Shown: in pieces, positions 8,126 through 18,945 of the stretch | Layout of the letters: each line of letters begins with the position of its first letter | How positions within the stretch are numbered: the stretch's first letter is position 1 | Virus record (IMG/VR): IMGVR_UViG_3300031867_000008 | Span: 64,001-128,000 of that record | DNA: 64,000 bases | Reading direction: 5' to 3' (one strand) | DNA from: a virus | Lineage: Duplodnaviria; Caudoviricetes | Position numbers and translations under genes: made by a program | The notes under the pieces: generated by a model | The model's database searches: none | The model's input: only the letters and a program-made list of their open reading frames with translations | Told to the model about the DNA's origin: nothing

Positions 8126-9205
8126 ATGGCAAACAGAAAAACAGTTTACAACAATATAACTTCCCCCGAAAAACTCGCACAGGTCAATTCTGAGAACATA
8201 GATTTGATGAATGACTTTCTCGAATATCTGCGCTCGGTTGACAAAGCTGCAAGTACGATCAAACAGTACGAAGCTAATCTTAAAGTTTTCCTCTGTTGGA
8301 ATTTGGAATACAACAAGAACAAGTTCTTCATTGATCTGACTAAGAGAGAAATAGCAAAGTTTCAGTCACACGCTCTTAATGAGTGGGGCTGGTCGCCTAA
8401 AAGATTGCGAACAGTAAAGGCAACGATTTCTTCATGGTCAAACTATATTGAAAATATTTTAGACGATGAATATGAAGATTACAGACCTATTGTTCGCAAA
8501 ATTGAATCTCCCGAAAACGTAGCGGTTCGTGACAAATCAGTGTTCAAAGAAGAAGAACTTCAACAGCTTCTTGATTATCTTGTTGGACAGGGCGATTGGC
8601 AGAGTATTGAAAAGGCTTGCTTACTTGCACTTGCTATGTATAGTGGCAGGCGCAAAGCTGAATTGCCGAGATTTAAGGTGAGTTATTTTGACGACAGCAA
8701 TTTGATTTGTGGGGGTTCGCTGTATAAGACACCTGAAAAGGTAGTGACAAAAGGCAGAGGTTCACGAGGTAAACTTCTTGACCTTTACACGCTTGCGAAA
8801 CCTTTTAGTCCTTACCTTAAATTATGGATAGACAAAAGGAACGAACTGGGTATTGAAAGCGAATGGCTGTTCCCGAAGATAGACAGAGAGGGAAAATGCG
8901 TTGACGAAAAGGTTGAAACTAATACAATTGATTCATGGGGCGACATGTTTAATACAATATTATCAAAGAAGTTAGGGATCGAGACCAAGTTCTATTGGCA
9001 TTCAATGAGACACTATTTTGTTACTGCGCTTGCAAGAAATAATATTCCTGATGATGTTATCAATGAAATCATCGGCTGGAGCAAAAATGGTGGGAGTGCG
9101 ATGGTGTCAGTGTATAAGGACATTGATGCTTCTGAAAAACTTGAACAGTATTTTGGAGAAGAAGGAATCAAGAAAGTCGAACAGAAAGGATTAAATGATT
9201 TATAG
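8126..9205 (+). CDS. Tyrosine recombinase
   Basis: SGRRKAEL (R), KGRG (K), HSMRH (HxxR), IIGW, VSVY (catalytic Tyr). Confidence 0.9.
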   Translation: MANRKTVYNNITSPEKLAQVNSENIDLMNDFLEYLRSVDKAASTIKQYEANLKVFLCWNLEYNKNKFFIDLTKREIAKFQSHALNEWGWSPKRLRTVKATISSWSNYIENILDDEYEDYRPIVRKIESPENVAVRDKSVFKEEELQQLLDYLVGQGDWQSIEKACLLALAMYSGRRKAELPRFKVSYFDDSNLICGGSLYKTPEKVVTKGRGSRGKLLDLYTLAKPFSPYLKLWIDKRNELGIESEWLFPKIDREGKCVDEKVETNTIDSWGDMFNTILSKKLGIETKFYWHSMRHYFVTALARNNIPDDVINEIIGWSKNGGSAMVSVYKDIDASEKLEQYFGEEGIKKVEQKGLNDL

Positions 9206-9230
9206 TATTAGTCATTGCTAACTAATAAAT

Positions 9231-9284
9231 AAAAAATAGGGGCATACAAATAGCTATTGCTAAATGTACGCCCCTTATTTTTTT
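9231..9284. terminator. Bidirectional terminator
   Basis: aaaaaataggggc...gccccttatttttt inverted repeat. Confidence 0.65.
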
Positions 9285-9313
9285 ACACGATTTTCATCAT
9301 GTTTAATTTTGAC

Positions 9314-9342
9314 TTGACAAGTTATTTCAAATATGTTACACT
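9314..9342 (+). promoter_or_regulatory. Sigma-A promoter for the serine integrase
   Basis: TTGACA-17-TACACT with an extended TG. Confidence 0.65.
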
Positions 9343-9386
9343 AATAATGGATTTGTGTAGCTATCTGATTGCAAGGAGTTTGATAA

Positions 9387-11237
9387 ATGAATATTTATGA
9401 AATCATGAATCAAATGCGTGTTGAACGAAAACGTATTGAAGATTTTCAACTTAGGGTTGTTATTTACGCTAGAGTTTCGACTCAGAAAGAAGAACAAGAT
9501 GGTTCGGTCGAACATCAAATCTCACACTTCAAAGAAATGGTAGAAAGAAATCAAAATTGGAGTTTGATAAAAATTTATACGGATAGAGTTCGAGCGGAGA
9601 GTGCAGAGAATAGGGAACAGTTTCAACAAATGGTAGATGATGCGTATAATGGTGAATTTGATCTAATTCTCACCAAAGAAGTAAGTCGTTTCGCTCGAAA
9701 CACTATTGATAGTTTGACTTACACAAGAGACTTACTGAGACATGGTGTTGGAGTATTTTTTTACACGGATAATATTTGCACAGTCGATCCTGACAGTGAG
9801 TTGCGTTTAACTATCATGTCAAGCATGGCACAAGATGAAGTAAGAAAACTTTCAGAAAGAGTTAAGTTTGGACATAAGAAATCTATTGAGAGCGGACACG
9901 TTCTTGGCAACTCTCGAATATTCGGCTACACAAAAGTTAATAGCAAATTGATTATTGATGAACGTGAAGCAGAAATGGTTCGTCTAATTTTTGAAACGTA
10001 TGCCACAGGTGAGTACGGTTTACGATATATAGAACAGTTATTGTGGGATAAAGGTTACAGAAATCGGAATGGAAAAAAAATCCACCACAATACACTTTCA
10101 GGAATAATTCAGAATCCTAAGTATAAGGGTTATTATTGTGGTAATAAAGTTAAGATAATTGATTATAGAACTAAAGAACAAAAATTCTTACCACCTGATG
10201 AATGGGTAATTTTTAAAGATGAAAGCGGAGAGATTGTCCCTGCCATAGTTTCAGAAGAATTGTGGCAAAAGGCAAACGTTATTTTTACAGAAAGAAGTAA
10301 TAAGGTCAAAGAGCTTGATAGATCGGCTAAAAAGACATCTCCACTATCTGGAAAAATCATGTGCGGAGTTCACAATACCCCTTTTTGGAGAACATCTTAC
10401 AGTCACAGGCTTCATAAAGACAAGTCTATTTATCAGTGGATATGTAGGGAAAAGAAGCGTGGTAAGTCTTGTTATTGCACCACGATAGCTATTTATGAAT
10501 CGGAACTTTACAGTATTCTCGGAGAATTGATAACAAGGTTAATACCGAATATCGACACATATCTTGATGAATTTGTAAAAACTTATAATGAAACCAAGGC
10601 TATGAAGAGTGTGAAAACAGATGTAGGTACTATGGAATCAGCCATTGATGCAGTTAATCAAAAACTTGAAAGACTGACACGAAAGAAAGACAAGCTCTTT
10701 GATTTGTATGCGGATGATATAATAGATAAAAATGAGTTTAAAGACCGTAATGCTTCATTGGTTTCAGAGATAGAGGAATTAGAAAAACAGCTCGCAGAGT
10801 TCAGAAAAAAAGATGAAGATACTGATGACGATGTTGTTAGTTCCATACATTCGTTAAAACTTTTGTTCCATAAAATTTTACAGAAAGATAATGAAAGTTA
10901 TGTAATAAATGAAGATTACATCAACTATTTTAGCGAACTTATCATAGACAAGATAATAGTTTATCCTGTAGACAATTCAAGTATGAATCTTGAAATCTGT
11001 CTGAAAGTTGGATCAGAGGAAGTAGAATATAAACGTCTTGGACGGAGTTCTGGACACACGTTCAAGAAGATGATGCCTAAACAGCGTACAATACAAGAAA
11101 GAAAAGGTAATCAATTCTGCTCACCGAACAATAATCAGATAGGAATACCTTTAATATCTTACGAAACAAATGTGAAACGAGAACTTAGATACAGGCAAAA
11201 ATACTGTTTAAAATATCTGATTACAGTTGCATTATAA
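9387..11237 (+). CDS. Large serine recombinase (integrase)
   Basis: YARVST catalytic Ser, SRFARN, recombinase domain, Zn-ribbon (CGVH...C...C), coiled coil. Confidence 0.93.
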   Translation: MNIYEIMNQMRVERKRIEDFQLRVVIYARVSTQKEEQDGSVEHQISHFKEMVERNQNWSLIKIYTDRVRAESAENREQFQQMVDDAYNGEFDLILTKEVSRFARNTIDSLTYTRDLLRHGVGVFFYTDNICTVDPDSELRLTIMSSMAQDEVRKLSERVKFGHKKSIESGHVLGNSRIFGYTKVNSKLIIDEREAEMVRLIFETYATGEYGLRYIEQLLWDKGYRNRNGKKIHHNTLSGIIQNPKYKGYYCGNKVKIIDYRTKEQKFLPPDEWVIFKDESGEIVPAIVSEELWQKANVIFTERSNKVKELDRSAKKTSPLSGKIMCGVHNTPFWRTSYSHRLHKDKSIYQWICREKKRGKSCYCTTIAIYESELYSILGELITRLIPNIDTYLDEFVKTYNETKAMKSVKTDVGTMESAIDAVNQKLERLTRKKDKLFDLYADDIIDKNEFKDRNASLVSEIEELEKQLAEFRKKDEDTDDDVVSSIHSLKLLFHKILQKDNESYVINEDYINYFSELIIDKIIVYPVDNSSMNLEICLKVGSEEVEYKRLGRSSGHTFKKMMPKQRTIQERKGNQFCSPNNNQIGIPLISYETNVKRELRYRQKYCLKYLITVAL

Positions 11238-11252
11238 CACAAGACACCAATA

Positions 11253-11314
11253 ACCGTAAAAAAATAGGAGCGAACACCTCTTTATCGAGATGTTTACTCC
11301 TATTTTTTTACGGT
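11253..11314. terminator. Bidirectional terminator between convergent genome arms
   Basis: accgtaaaaaaataggag...ctcctatttttttacggt inverted repeat. Confidence 0.8.
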
Positions 11315-11477
11315 CAATTTGTTTACGGTTAGTTTGTAAACTTTTTAACTAACATATTATAAGTTCTGTTGTCTATCAAGCCTTGTTTAAGCAACATTTT
11401 TGAGAGCGCAATCATATGAGCTTCTTTAATAATTTTTTCTTGGTCTTTTGTAATAAAATCACCCCCGATCATTATTA

Positions 11478-11816
11478 TCAATTGTTAGTAATATTGACAG
11501 AGTTCAATTCCTTTATTCTTCTTTCAATGTACCACACAGCCTTACGGAGATCATTGATTTCTTTCTCCTTATCACTCATATTTCCTGACTTCTTCTTCCC
11601 TGCTCTGCTGATATACTTAATAGCATTGCCAAGACAGAAACCCAGTTTCTTATCTTCGATATAATCAATAACTTCAATTTTGCCGTCAGTGTAGTGTGAA
11701 GGATGATTTACGTTATCGAGTGTTCGGGTGAACTCTCTTATGTTATCTGTTTCTTCTTTAAACTTTCTAAGTTCGCTGAGGGTCATTTTATTTTCGTTAG
11801 TCAGTATTTTAGTCAT
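11478..11816 (-). CDS. DUF3310-family protein
   Basis: DNVNHPSHYT...GNAIKYISRAGKK...DLRKAVWY. Confidence 0.85.
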   Translation of the reverse strand: MTKILTNENKMTLSELRKFKEETDNIREFTRTLDNVNHPSHYTDGKIEVIDYIEDKKLGFCLGNAIKYISRAGKKKSGNMSDKEKEINDLRKAVWYIERRIKELNSVNITNN

Positions 11817-12609
11817 TAGAATCGTCCTTTCTACATTCTGTTCTTATTCTTTTGTAACGTTCCTGCATATCTCTCATATGTCCACAGCTCATTGCACCTT
11901 CGGGACACCTGTTGTTTACGACACAGCTTGCGCCTGCATGAGAAAATAAAGTCGGAGCAATTTTGTATACGATTCTATACATCTGCTCTGCGACTTCTTG
12001 TATCTCCCACTGCGCTCTGTTACAACAACGATGAGCAAAGAAGTTGTAAAGCGAACGAGCGTTCATCGTAACAATTATCTTTGTTTCACAGGCGTTTGGT
12101 AATATGTATCGAGCATCTTCGTTAGCCAACTTTTTAGCTTTCCCAATTGCTTTCTCACAATCTAACCCCTCATGTTCCATAAGATTTGCCGCATGAATTG
12201 TAGTAAGTCTGTCTGCAAGTTCATTATACCCGTTTGAGATTTGCTTTATTAGTTCTTGGTAAATATTATTTGCTTTTTCATCAGATAGTATTGCAGGCGG
12301 TGTTATGTAATCAAAGTTGTTCATATTCACATAGCGTTGAGACTGCTGTGAGTAACTTGCTATACGATGTCTTACCAGCTGATGGCTACAAGCGCGTGAA
12401 ATCCCCTCGATTGCAAACGTGAAGCTAACGTGTTCGATAGGACTTTCATGCCCCATGTTCATCAATTTTTCTACAAACTCCGCTGATTTCTCAGGTGTAA
12501 GCCCCTCTCTTAAAGTGTTTATGTCTGTTGGCGAATAGCACAGCTTCGCAGCTGTTGCTATCACTTCTTCTGGATTTGGTGTATTGGCGATCAATTCAAC
12601 CTTAATCAT
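11809..12609 (-). CDS. thyX: Flavin-dependent thymidylate synthase
   Basis: GHESPIEH, RHRIASYSQQSQR, AQWEI. Confidence 0.95.
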   Translation of the reverse strand: MIKVELIANTPNPEEVIATAAKLCYSPTDINTLREGLTPEKSAEFVEKLMNMGHESPIEHVSFTFAIEGISRACSHQLVRHRIASYSQQSQRYVNMNNFDYITPPAILSDEKANNIYQELIKQISNGYNELADRLTTIHAANLMEHEGLDCEKAIGKAKKLANEDARYILPNACETKIIVTMNARSLYNFFAHRCCNRAQWEIQEVAEQMYRIVYKIAPTLFSHAGASCVVNNRCPEGAMSCGHMRDMQERYKRIRTECRKDDSND

Positions 12610-12850
12610 TACTCGTTCTCCTTTCAAAACAATCTCCACATATGTAACCATCAACTAATTCTTCTTGAAAAAAGTATTCCCCGCATTCATAACATAATAC
12701 CGCTGTTGTAAAACACTCAGAACCACAAGCGGGGCAAACCTCAAATTCCTGAACCGCTGAACGGAATCCTAAGTCAACGTTATACCCATAATCTTCGGTT
12801 TCTATTTCGGGTTCTGAAAAAACGTACTCGCAATTAGCACATTTATACAT
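12602..12850 (-). CDS. Small Zn-finger protein
   Basis: Four CxxC pairs. Confidence 0.55.
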   Translation of the reverse strand: MYKCANCEYVFSEPEIETEDYGYNVDLGFRSAVQEFEVCPACGSECFTTAVLCYECGEYFFQEELVDGYICGDCFERRTSND

Positions 12851-12863
12851 ACGTATTCTCCTT

Positions 12864-13364
12864 TTACTTATTACTACTTCCCAAAGCCCCCATGCCACGT
12901 TCCGAAGCAATCTTAACAAGTTCATCATAACTTACTTCTTCAACAAGACTATCAGGAACAGGAATTACGAGAGCTTGGCAAATAGCTTTTGTTGTTGGAT
13001 AAAAAATTACATCGTAGTTTTTAAATCTTTCTATCTCATTTTCGTCACCAATAACTAATAGCTTGTCCGAAGTATTTGTTACAGGCACGAACCACTCGTT
13101 TCTGTAACCGCTGTCGATAATACCACATCTCTGAGCTATTCCTTTTGTTCCAGTACTTCCACGTTCTTTAAGAACAAAACAAAAATCTTCGTCACAAGCA
13201 GAAGCAATACCTGTCGGTATCATTTTTGTCTCGTGGGGCATTATAGCGATATAAGGTTTCTTAAAACATGGATATATGTCATATCCAGCATCTTCCTTTC
13301 TCTTAGTTGGAATAATTGCGTAGGGGTTTATTTTTGCAAATTTAATTTTGGTAGTCATAATCAT
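12864..13364 (-). CDS. dut: Trimeric dUTPase
   Basis: DAGYD, GIIDSGYRNE, RGMGALGSS. Confidence 0.93.
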   Translation of the reverse strand: MIMTTKIKFAKINPYAIIPTKRKEDAGYDIYPCFKKPYIAIMPHETKMIPTGIASACDEDFCFVLKERGSTGTKGIAQRCGIIDSGYRNEWFVPVTNTSDKLLVIGDENEIERFKNYDVIFYPTTKAICQALVIPVPDSLVEEVSYDELVKIASERGMGALGSSNK

Positions 13365-13380
13365 TCTCCTTTTACATTTA

Positions 13381-14469
13381 TCAATTCTTTATACTCGTAA
13401 GTATTTCGCAAGTCCTCACAAGCGTATTTACAAAATAAATAATATCTTCATCTCGGAACGTTTCGTCAAACGATATTCTTATAGTTCCGTGTTCATAATC
13501 TTCTGGAAGGTTGAAACTCTTTACTGTTGGGCTTGCTTCAAGACTTTTGCTGTGACAAGCAGAACCAGTTGACACGAATATCTCTTTGCTGTCAAGAATA
13601 AGAGCAACACTTTCACCCTCGATACCTTGAATAGCAATATTCAAAATGCTTGGAACGTTGAAGTTTTTATTTTCAAGAATCTTGAAATCACATGGCATCT
13701 TGGCACATAGCTGAGTGATAAGTTTGTCTCTGATTATTTTGCAAGCCATTTCTTTTTCTTCGCTGTAATTGTAGAGTTCCGCAGCTTTGCCTATTCCAAC
13801 TATCGCAGGAACGTTTTCTGTTCCCGATCTGAGATTTGATTCTTGTCCACCACCAATAATATCTGAATGGAATTTCTTCGGTTCTTTTATATAGAGAACC
13901 CCAATTCCTTTTGGAGCGTGAAACTTATGACCGCTGAATGAAGCGAAGTCAACGTCAAGATGTTCAACGTCTATTGGAACTTTGCCGAAAGCTGCTGTCA
14001 TGTCGGAATGAAAATAAGCATTGTTCATGTGAGTAATCTGCACTATTTCTTTTATTGGGAATATCATTCCTGTTTCACTGTTGACATACTGCCATGATAA
14101 TAGTGTATCACTCATATGACAAATTTTTTGCTTCTGATTCTCATAACTTTCTTTGTCATAAACGATATGTCCTGCTCTCATTGATGGATGCTCGTATATT
14201 GAAGCGTAAACAGTATTCTTGCCAAAGAATCGCCTTACAAGATTATTGCTTTCCGTTGCTCCGCTTGTAAAGAAAATCTGCTCAGGCTCGGTATTGATCG
14301 CCTTTGCAAACTGTTCTCTCGCCTGCTTTATCGCCGCTTTAGCGATTCGTCCATATTTGTAAGACGAACTTGGATTGCCGTACATACTAGAAAAATATGG
14401 TAGCATGGCATCAAGCACAGGTCTTGTCACTGGTGTTGTGGCTGAATTATCAAGATATAAACTCATCAT
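13381..14469 (-). CDS. iscS: Cysteine desulfurase (IscS/NifS/DndA type)
   Basis: YLDNSATT, SGHKFHAPKG (PLP Lys), RSGTEN, STGSAC (catalytic Cys). Confidence 0.93.
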   Translation of the reverse strand: MMSLYLDNSATTPVTRPVLDAMLPYFSSMYGNPSSSYKYGRIAKAAIKQAREQFAKAINTEPEQIFFTSGATESNNLVRRFFGKNTVYASIYEHPSMRAGHIVYDKESYENQKQKICHMSDTLLSWQYVNSETGMIFPIKEIVQITHMNNAYFHSDMTAAFGKVPIDVEHLDVDFASFSGHKFHAPKGIGVLYIKEPKKFHSDIIGGGQESNLRSGTENVPAIVGIGKAAELYNYSEEKEMACKIIRDKLITQLCAKMPCDFKILENKNFNVPSILNIAIQGIEGESVALILDSKEIFVSTGSACHSKSLEASPTVKSFNLPEDYEHGTIRISFDETFRDEDIIYFVNTLVRTCEILTSIKN

Positions 14470-15096
14470 TATTATTATTACCTCTGTATGTATTTTTCTA
14501 AATCCAGCGGATTTGTCGTCTTGTATTTTGTGTAAGTCAAGCTATCGCCGTTGACCTGATAGAGTTTGTATACTTCTCGGTGTAGGTCTGAGGTTATAAC
14601 GTGGGTCAGCTTATCCTGTGAATCGAATATCTGAACCCACAAAATTTCATTCTTTGGTGTTTTAATCATGTTGATCCCTCATAAAATATTTCTTTCATTC
14701 ACAAGCAGCAAATCCCTTGAATGAACCATCGTCGTAAAAGTCTATACAAACACCACCAAAAGTAATCATTGAGTCAGGGTGTATCTCAATATAATTGTTT
14801 CCTGTTGAGAATTTACATCCAATGTCTCTCAACATTCCACATAGTTTTTTATAATCAGTCATTCTCTTCCCTCCAAAACTCCATTGTCAACGGTTCATCA
14901 TTTTCAACGGTCAATGTCCACATACGATCTCTGCGATCTTTATAAAAAGTAAACACTCCTTGTCTACGTTCGCCATTATATATAAGCTCTTTTCCTATAG
15001 AAATGGAATCGTGTGTTTTAAGATATTCGTTTAATCTTGGATCGTTAGAAAACCAATTGTCTATATCAACAATAAAGCTATTACCTTCGGTCATAG

Positions 15097-15906
15097 TTAT
15101 TCTCCTTTATATCTAAATAGTTTTTCAACCGCCCTGCTCTTATCAGATGCGTTAATGCTTCTGCTTACCTCTTGTTCCCATATACATTCAAAGTCATCGG
15201 GTGCTTGAAGTTCGCTTATGTAAACTATACATTTTCTGCTCCAAATTCTCATTGTTTCCCAAAAGTCATCATAGTCAAAGTTTTGGGAATTAGAGAATTG
15301 TTTTGTGTTTGCATAGGGTGGGTCACAATAAATTAAAGGTTTGTACTTTTCATTGGTGATTGCATAGCCGTCAAACCATCTATAATCGCCCACCATAAAT
15401 TCGATGTCCTTTAAATTAGGAACTTGTCTTAGAAGATTGTCTTTTGCTTCTCTATAATAATTTCGATAACGTAATCCGTTTTTTGTTTTTTCATAACCTG
15501 ACTTAGCATAACCGCCATCATAAAAACGGGCATTATAACTTGCAAGAAATCCTATCGCTCCTAATTCCCACAATTCAAATTCTGACGAATTAAGAATTTC
15601 GTATTGTTCTTGCCACGGAGCTTTCTCAATTTTATAATAAACCGCTCTTGCTCTATCATATAATTCTTTAGGAACTGATTCAGGTAATCCTCCCCCACTA
15701 ATAACGTGTTTAAGAAGTGCCATAAGATATGGATTATAGTCATTGGCAATTTTTCTGCTGCAATTTATCTTATCTATAATCGAGCAACCACCACAGAATG
15801 GTTCTATGTAAACATTGATGTTGTTATCGTCTATCTCTTTCTGCAAAATAGGAACAATGTATTTTGCTATTCTGCTCTTTGAACCCATGTATTTAATTGA
15901 AATCAC
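15097..15906 (-). CDS. DNA adenine methyltransferase (Dam/D12 class)
   Basis: KYMGSK, EPFCGG, YCDPPY. Confidence 0.9.
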   Translation of the reverse strand: MISIKYMGSKSRIAKYIVPILQKEIDDNNINVYIEPFCGGCSIIDKINCSRKIANDYNPYLMALLKHVISGGGLPESVPKELYDRARAVYYKIEKAPWQEQYEILNSSEFELWELGAIGFLASYNARFYDGGYAKSGYEKTKNGLRYRNYYREAKDNLLRQVPNLKDIEFMVGDYRWFDGYAITNEKYKPLIYCDPPYANTKQFSNSQNFDYDDFWETMRIWSRKCIVYISELQAPDDFECIWEQEVSRSINASDKSRAVEKLFRYKGE

Positions 15907-16660
15907 GCTCCTTTTGTGTTGTGAATATTCTTTCCTTTGCTATCTCAAAATATTCTTCATTTAATTCCATGCCTATAAAGTGTCTGTTGGTATTTACGCA
16001 AGCGACCCCTGTTGAACCGCTTCCCATGCAATTATCTAACACCCAATCTCCCTTGTTTGTATACGTTTTAATTAAGTATTCCAATAAATCGACAGGCTTT
16101 TGAGTCGGATGGACACAGGTTGACGGATGAGGCTTTGAAAATGTTAAGATACTATTAGGATATTTTTCTGTACTCCCCTGTCGTTCATCATCGGTTATGT
16201 AAAAATCTCCATAATTGTTATTGGTGAATGTTTTATTTTTGTATGCCGAACCCTTGCTATGTAATGGAGAGCCTTGTGTAAATTGGGGATTGTAAGTAGG
16301 CAACTTTTTATAAAACACGGCTATCTGTTCATGCTGTCTCAATGGCATTCTTTTCGCATTAAGAAATCCAGTTTTAAGAACTTTGTCCCAAATTAAATCA
16401 TAACGAAATTCTTTGCGATTACTATTGACTAAATCAATGAAGAATGTTCCTTGTGAAAATAGAACTATCGGAGTATCATCTTTAACAATTCTATGATATT
16501 CATTCCACAACTTGTCAAATGGTAAACAGCAATCTTTTTTATTATTCGTCACTCCATAAGGCAAATCACACAAAATCATATCAATACTTTTGTCCGGAAT
16601 TTCTTTCATTAGTTCAAGACAATCGCCTTGTTGTAACTGGAAGTGGCTAATTGGAATCAC
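15893..16660 (-). CDS. N4/N6 DNA methyltransferase (beta class)
   Basis: CDLPYG, HPTQKP, DNCMGSGSTG. Confidence 0.92.
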   Translation of the reverse strand: MIPISHFQLQQGDCLELMKEIPDKSIDMILCDLPYGVTNNKKDCCLPFDKLWNEYHRIVKDDTPIVLFSQGTFFIDLVNSNRKEFRYDLIWDKVLKTGFLNAKRMPLRQHEQIAVFYKKLPTYNPQFTQGSPLHSKGSAYKNKTFTNNNYGDFYITDDERQGSTEKYPNSILTFSKPHPSTCVHPTQKPVDLLEYLIKTYTNKGDWVLDNCMGSGSTGVACVNTNRHFIGMELNEEYFEIAKERIFTTQKERDFN

Positions 16661-17379
16661 TCTCCTTACTCAATTTACATTTCTTATTCCACAATCTGAT
16701 TGCTCCCAAAAGAGTGAAACGAGCCTCATCATAATTAGCCGCTATAAAACCGCAGTCGTTACACTCTATAACGTAAGCATCTCTCAGATATAGATAGTGC
16801 GATTCACTTACGAATCTCGCTTTGCCCCTACCTTTGCATTTGGGACAAGGGTGTATTTTATAGAAGTTTATATAAGTCGCCTCCGATTACTTTTTATTCT
16901 CTATATCTGTTGTGTCATCGTAATAAAACGTTTCTACATTCTTCGTAAATGGACACAGATTATTAACTAACGCTTTACACCTATGTCCAAGAGAAGTACA
17001 TACCGAAAACGGGCAATCAATCCAACAAGCACCTTTTCCCGGTGTCCAGTCAATTGGTGCATCAAATCCGAACTCTACTCTTTGACCTATTGTTTGCTTC
17101 TTCGACTTAGTTATAATTGTTTTCTTTATAAATGTTGTTTTCATTTCGCTCATCTACTTCACCCCGTCACAAATCTCTTAAACTTACCTCGCCTGTCAAA
17201 CTCTATACCTAAATCGCCGTCAGCTAATATTGGATCAATCTCAATATAAATACGATCAGGGTAGAGATAAACAAGATACTTACAACCGATTCCCTTGAAT
17301 AGCTCTTTGAATTTCTCGTAATCTGTTGGACGAGTCTTTGGTGGCTTAACTTCGGGCATCGGTGGAGTTTGTGAAGGCT

Positions 17380-17733
17380 TTACATTAACCATTTCTTATA
17401 CTTCCTTTCTCTGCGTTTATATTTACGCTTGTTCTGCTTGGCAAAATATTTTATTGCAAATGAATGAAAGTCGGACAATTCGGTTTCTGTGTAGCTGTCG
17501 TTATACAAGTTCGGAATAATTGCAACGAGAAAAGCAACCGAAAGTACACTGACACATATAATTGCAAATTGTATTTCTGAAATATCTCCGTTAGCTCTTA
17601 CTCCTCCCAGTATCGGGATAACAACTAAAACAGTAGTTAGAACTGAAATTACAAAGAACAAATACTCCAATTTGTAGAGTAAGTTGTGCCTGTGATATGC
17701 TTTTGCTACTTTTGATTTATGAATATTCTTCAT
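17380..17733 (-). CDS. Membrane protein (2 TM)
   Basis: Two hydrophobic helices. Confidence 0.6.
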   Translation of the reverse strand: MKNIHKSKVAKAYHRHNLLYKLEYLFFVISVLTTVLVVIPILGGVRANGDISEIQFAIICVSVLSVAFLVAIIPNLYNDSYTETELSDFHSFAIKYFAKQNKRKYKRRERKYKKWLM

Positions 17734-17766
17734 TTGTATTTACCTCCCACCCACCACTACTAACAA

Positions 17767-18945
17767 TCAATTACTTTTTATACCATTTTTAACAATCGCA
17801 CTCAGAATCAATGCAACGCAATACAATGTTCCAATAAAATAGAACACTGTCATATAAGACCCACTGTGTCTATGAATAAACATTGAAAGCTGATTGCCTA
17901 CAAGACCAGCACAGCCCCAAGCCGAAAGAATTAAACCGTGAATCTTGCTTATGTTCTTCATATCATAAATGTCTGCAAGCAAAGGAGCAATACAACTAAA
18001 ACCAGCTCCGTAGCAAGCTGATATGATGATTAACGCAATCATTGAAAATCTGTGCGAGATTATAGATAAGATTACAGTCACTATTGAGATACAGAAAATT
18101 AAATAATATATATGTACTCTTTTCTTTAGTTTATCCGACACCGCCGAAAACACCAATCTGCCACAACCATTGAACACACCCATGATACTTACTACTAAAG
18201 CAATCCATGCTGACTTAACATTAAGTTCTGTAAGCATTGGGCTTGCTATTGGAATAAGTGCAAGACCACAAGTTATATTTAGGAAGAAGAATAACCACAT
18301 GGCTATAAACTTCTTGTCCTTTAACATAGTGGTTGCTTTAAAATCAGCATTTGATTTTGGCTCGATCCAGTCTTTTGGCTTCTGTAATAAGAAGTGTCCT
18401 ATCATCATAGGAATAAAATAAAGCCCTGCAAGAATCAAAAACGTTGTTGAGATTGAAACTCTATTTAAAAGGAATGTAATTATTGGTGAGGCTACTGTTG
18501 AAGCAAACCCAAAAGCACAAACTGAAATTCCTGTTGCAAGACCTTTATTATCTTTAAACCAAAGCATTAAAGTTTTGACTGGACTAAGATAACCTAAACC
18601 GAGTCCAATGCCACCAATAAATCCATATCCAATGTAGAGTAAAGGCAACGATTTAATATGTACTGCCAATGCAGTGAGCGCAAGCCCACCGCAAAAGCAT
18701 ACCGTACTTAACAAAGATGATCTGTGAATGTTTCTCTCTACAAAAGCCCCACCAAAAGCTGCGGATATTCCTAAGAAGAAAATCGCAAGTGAAAAGGCAA
18801 ACTGTACAAGTGATTGAGATTTCCCAATATAATCTGAAATCGGTTTAGCGAATAATGAAAAACTATAAACAGAACCTATACAAATATGAAGAAATATTGC
18901 TGGGATAGCAGCGTTCTTCCATTTATTTTGGGTTGCATTATTCAT
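17767..18945 (-). CDS. OFA-family (oxalate/formate antiporter-like) MFS transporter
   Basis: About 12 TM helices; GSVYSFS, GIGLGLGYLSPV, WFKDNKGLATG, FNGCGRL, CYGAGFS. Confidence 0.85.
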   Translation of the reverse strand: MNNATQNKWKNAAIPAIFLHICIGSVYSFSLFAKPISDYIGKSQSLVQFAFSLAIFFLGISAAFGGAFVERNIHRSSLLSTVCFCGGLALTALAVHIKSLPLLYIGYGFIGGIGLGLGYLSPVKTLMLWFKDNKGLATGISVCAFGFASTVASPIITFLLNRVSISTTFLILAGLYFIPMMIGHFLLQKPKDWIEPKSNADFKATTMLKDKKFIAMWLFFFLNITCGLALIPIASPMLTELNVKSAWIALVVSIMGVFNGCGRLVFSAVSDKLKKRVHIYYLIFCISIVTVILSIISHRFSMIALIIISACYGAGFSCIAPLLADIYDMKNISKIHGLILSAWGCAGLVGNQLSMFIHRHSGSYMTVFYFIGTLYCVALILSAIVKNGIKSN

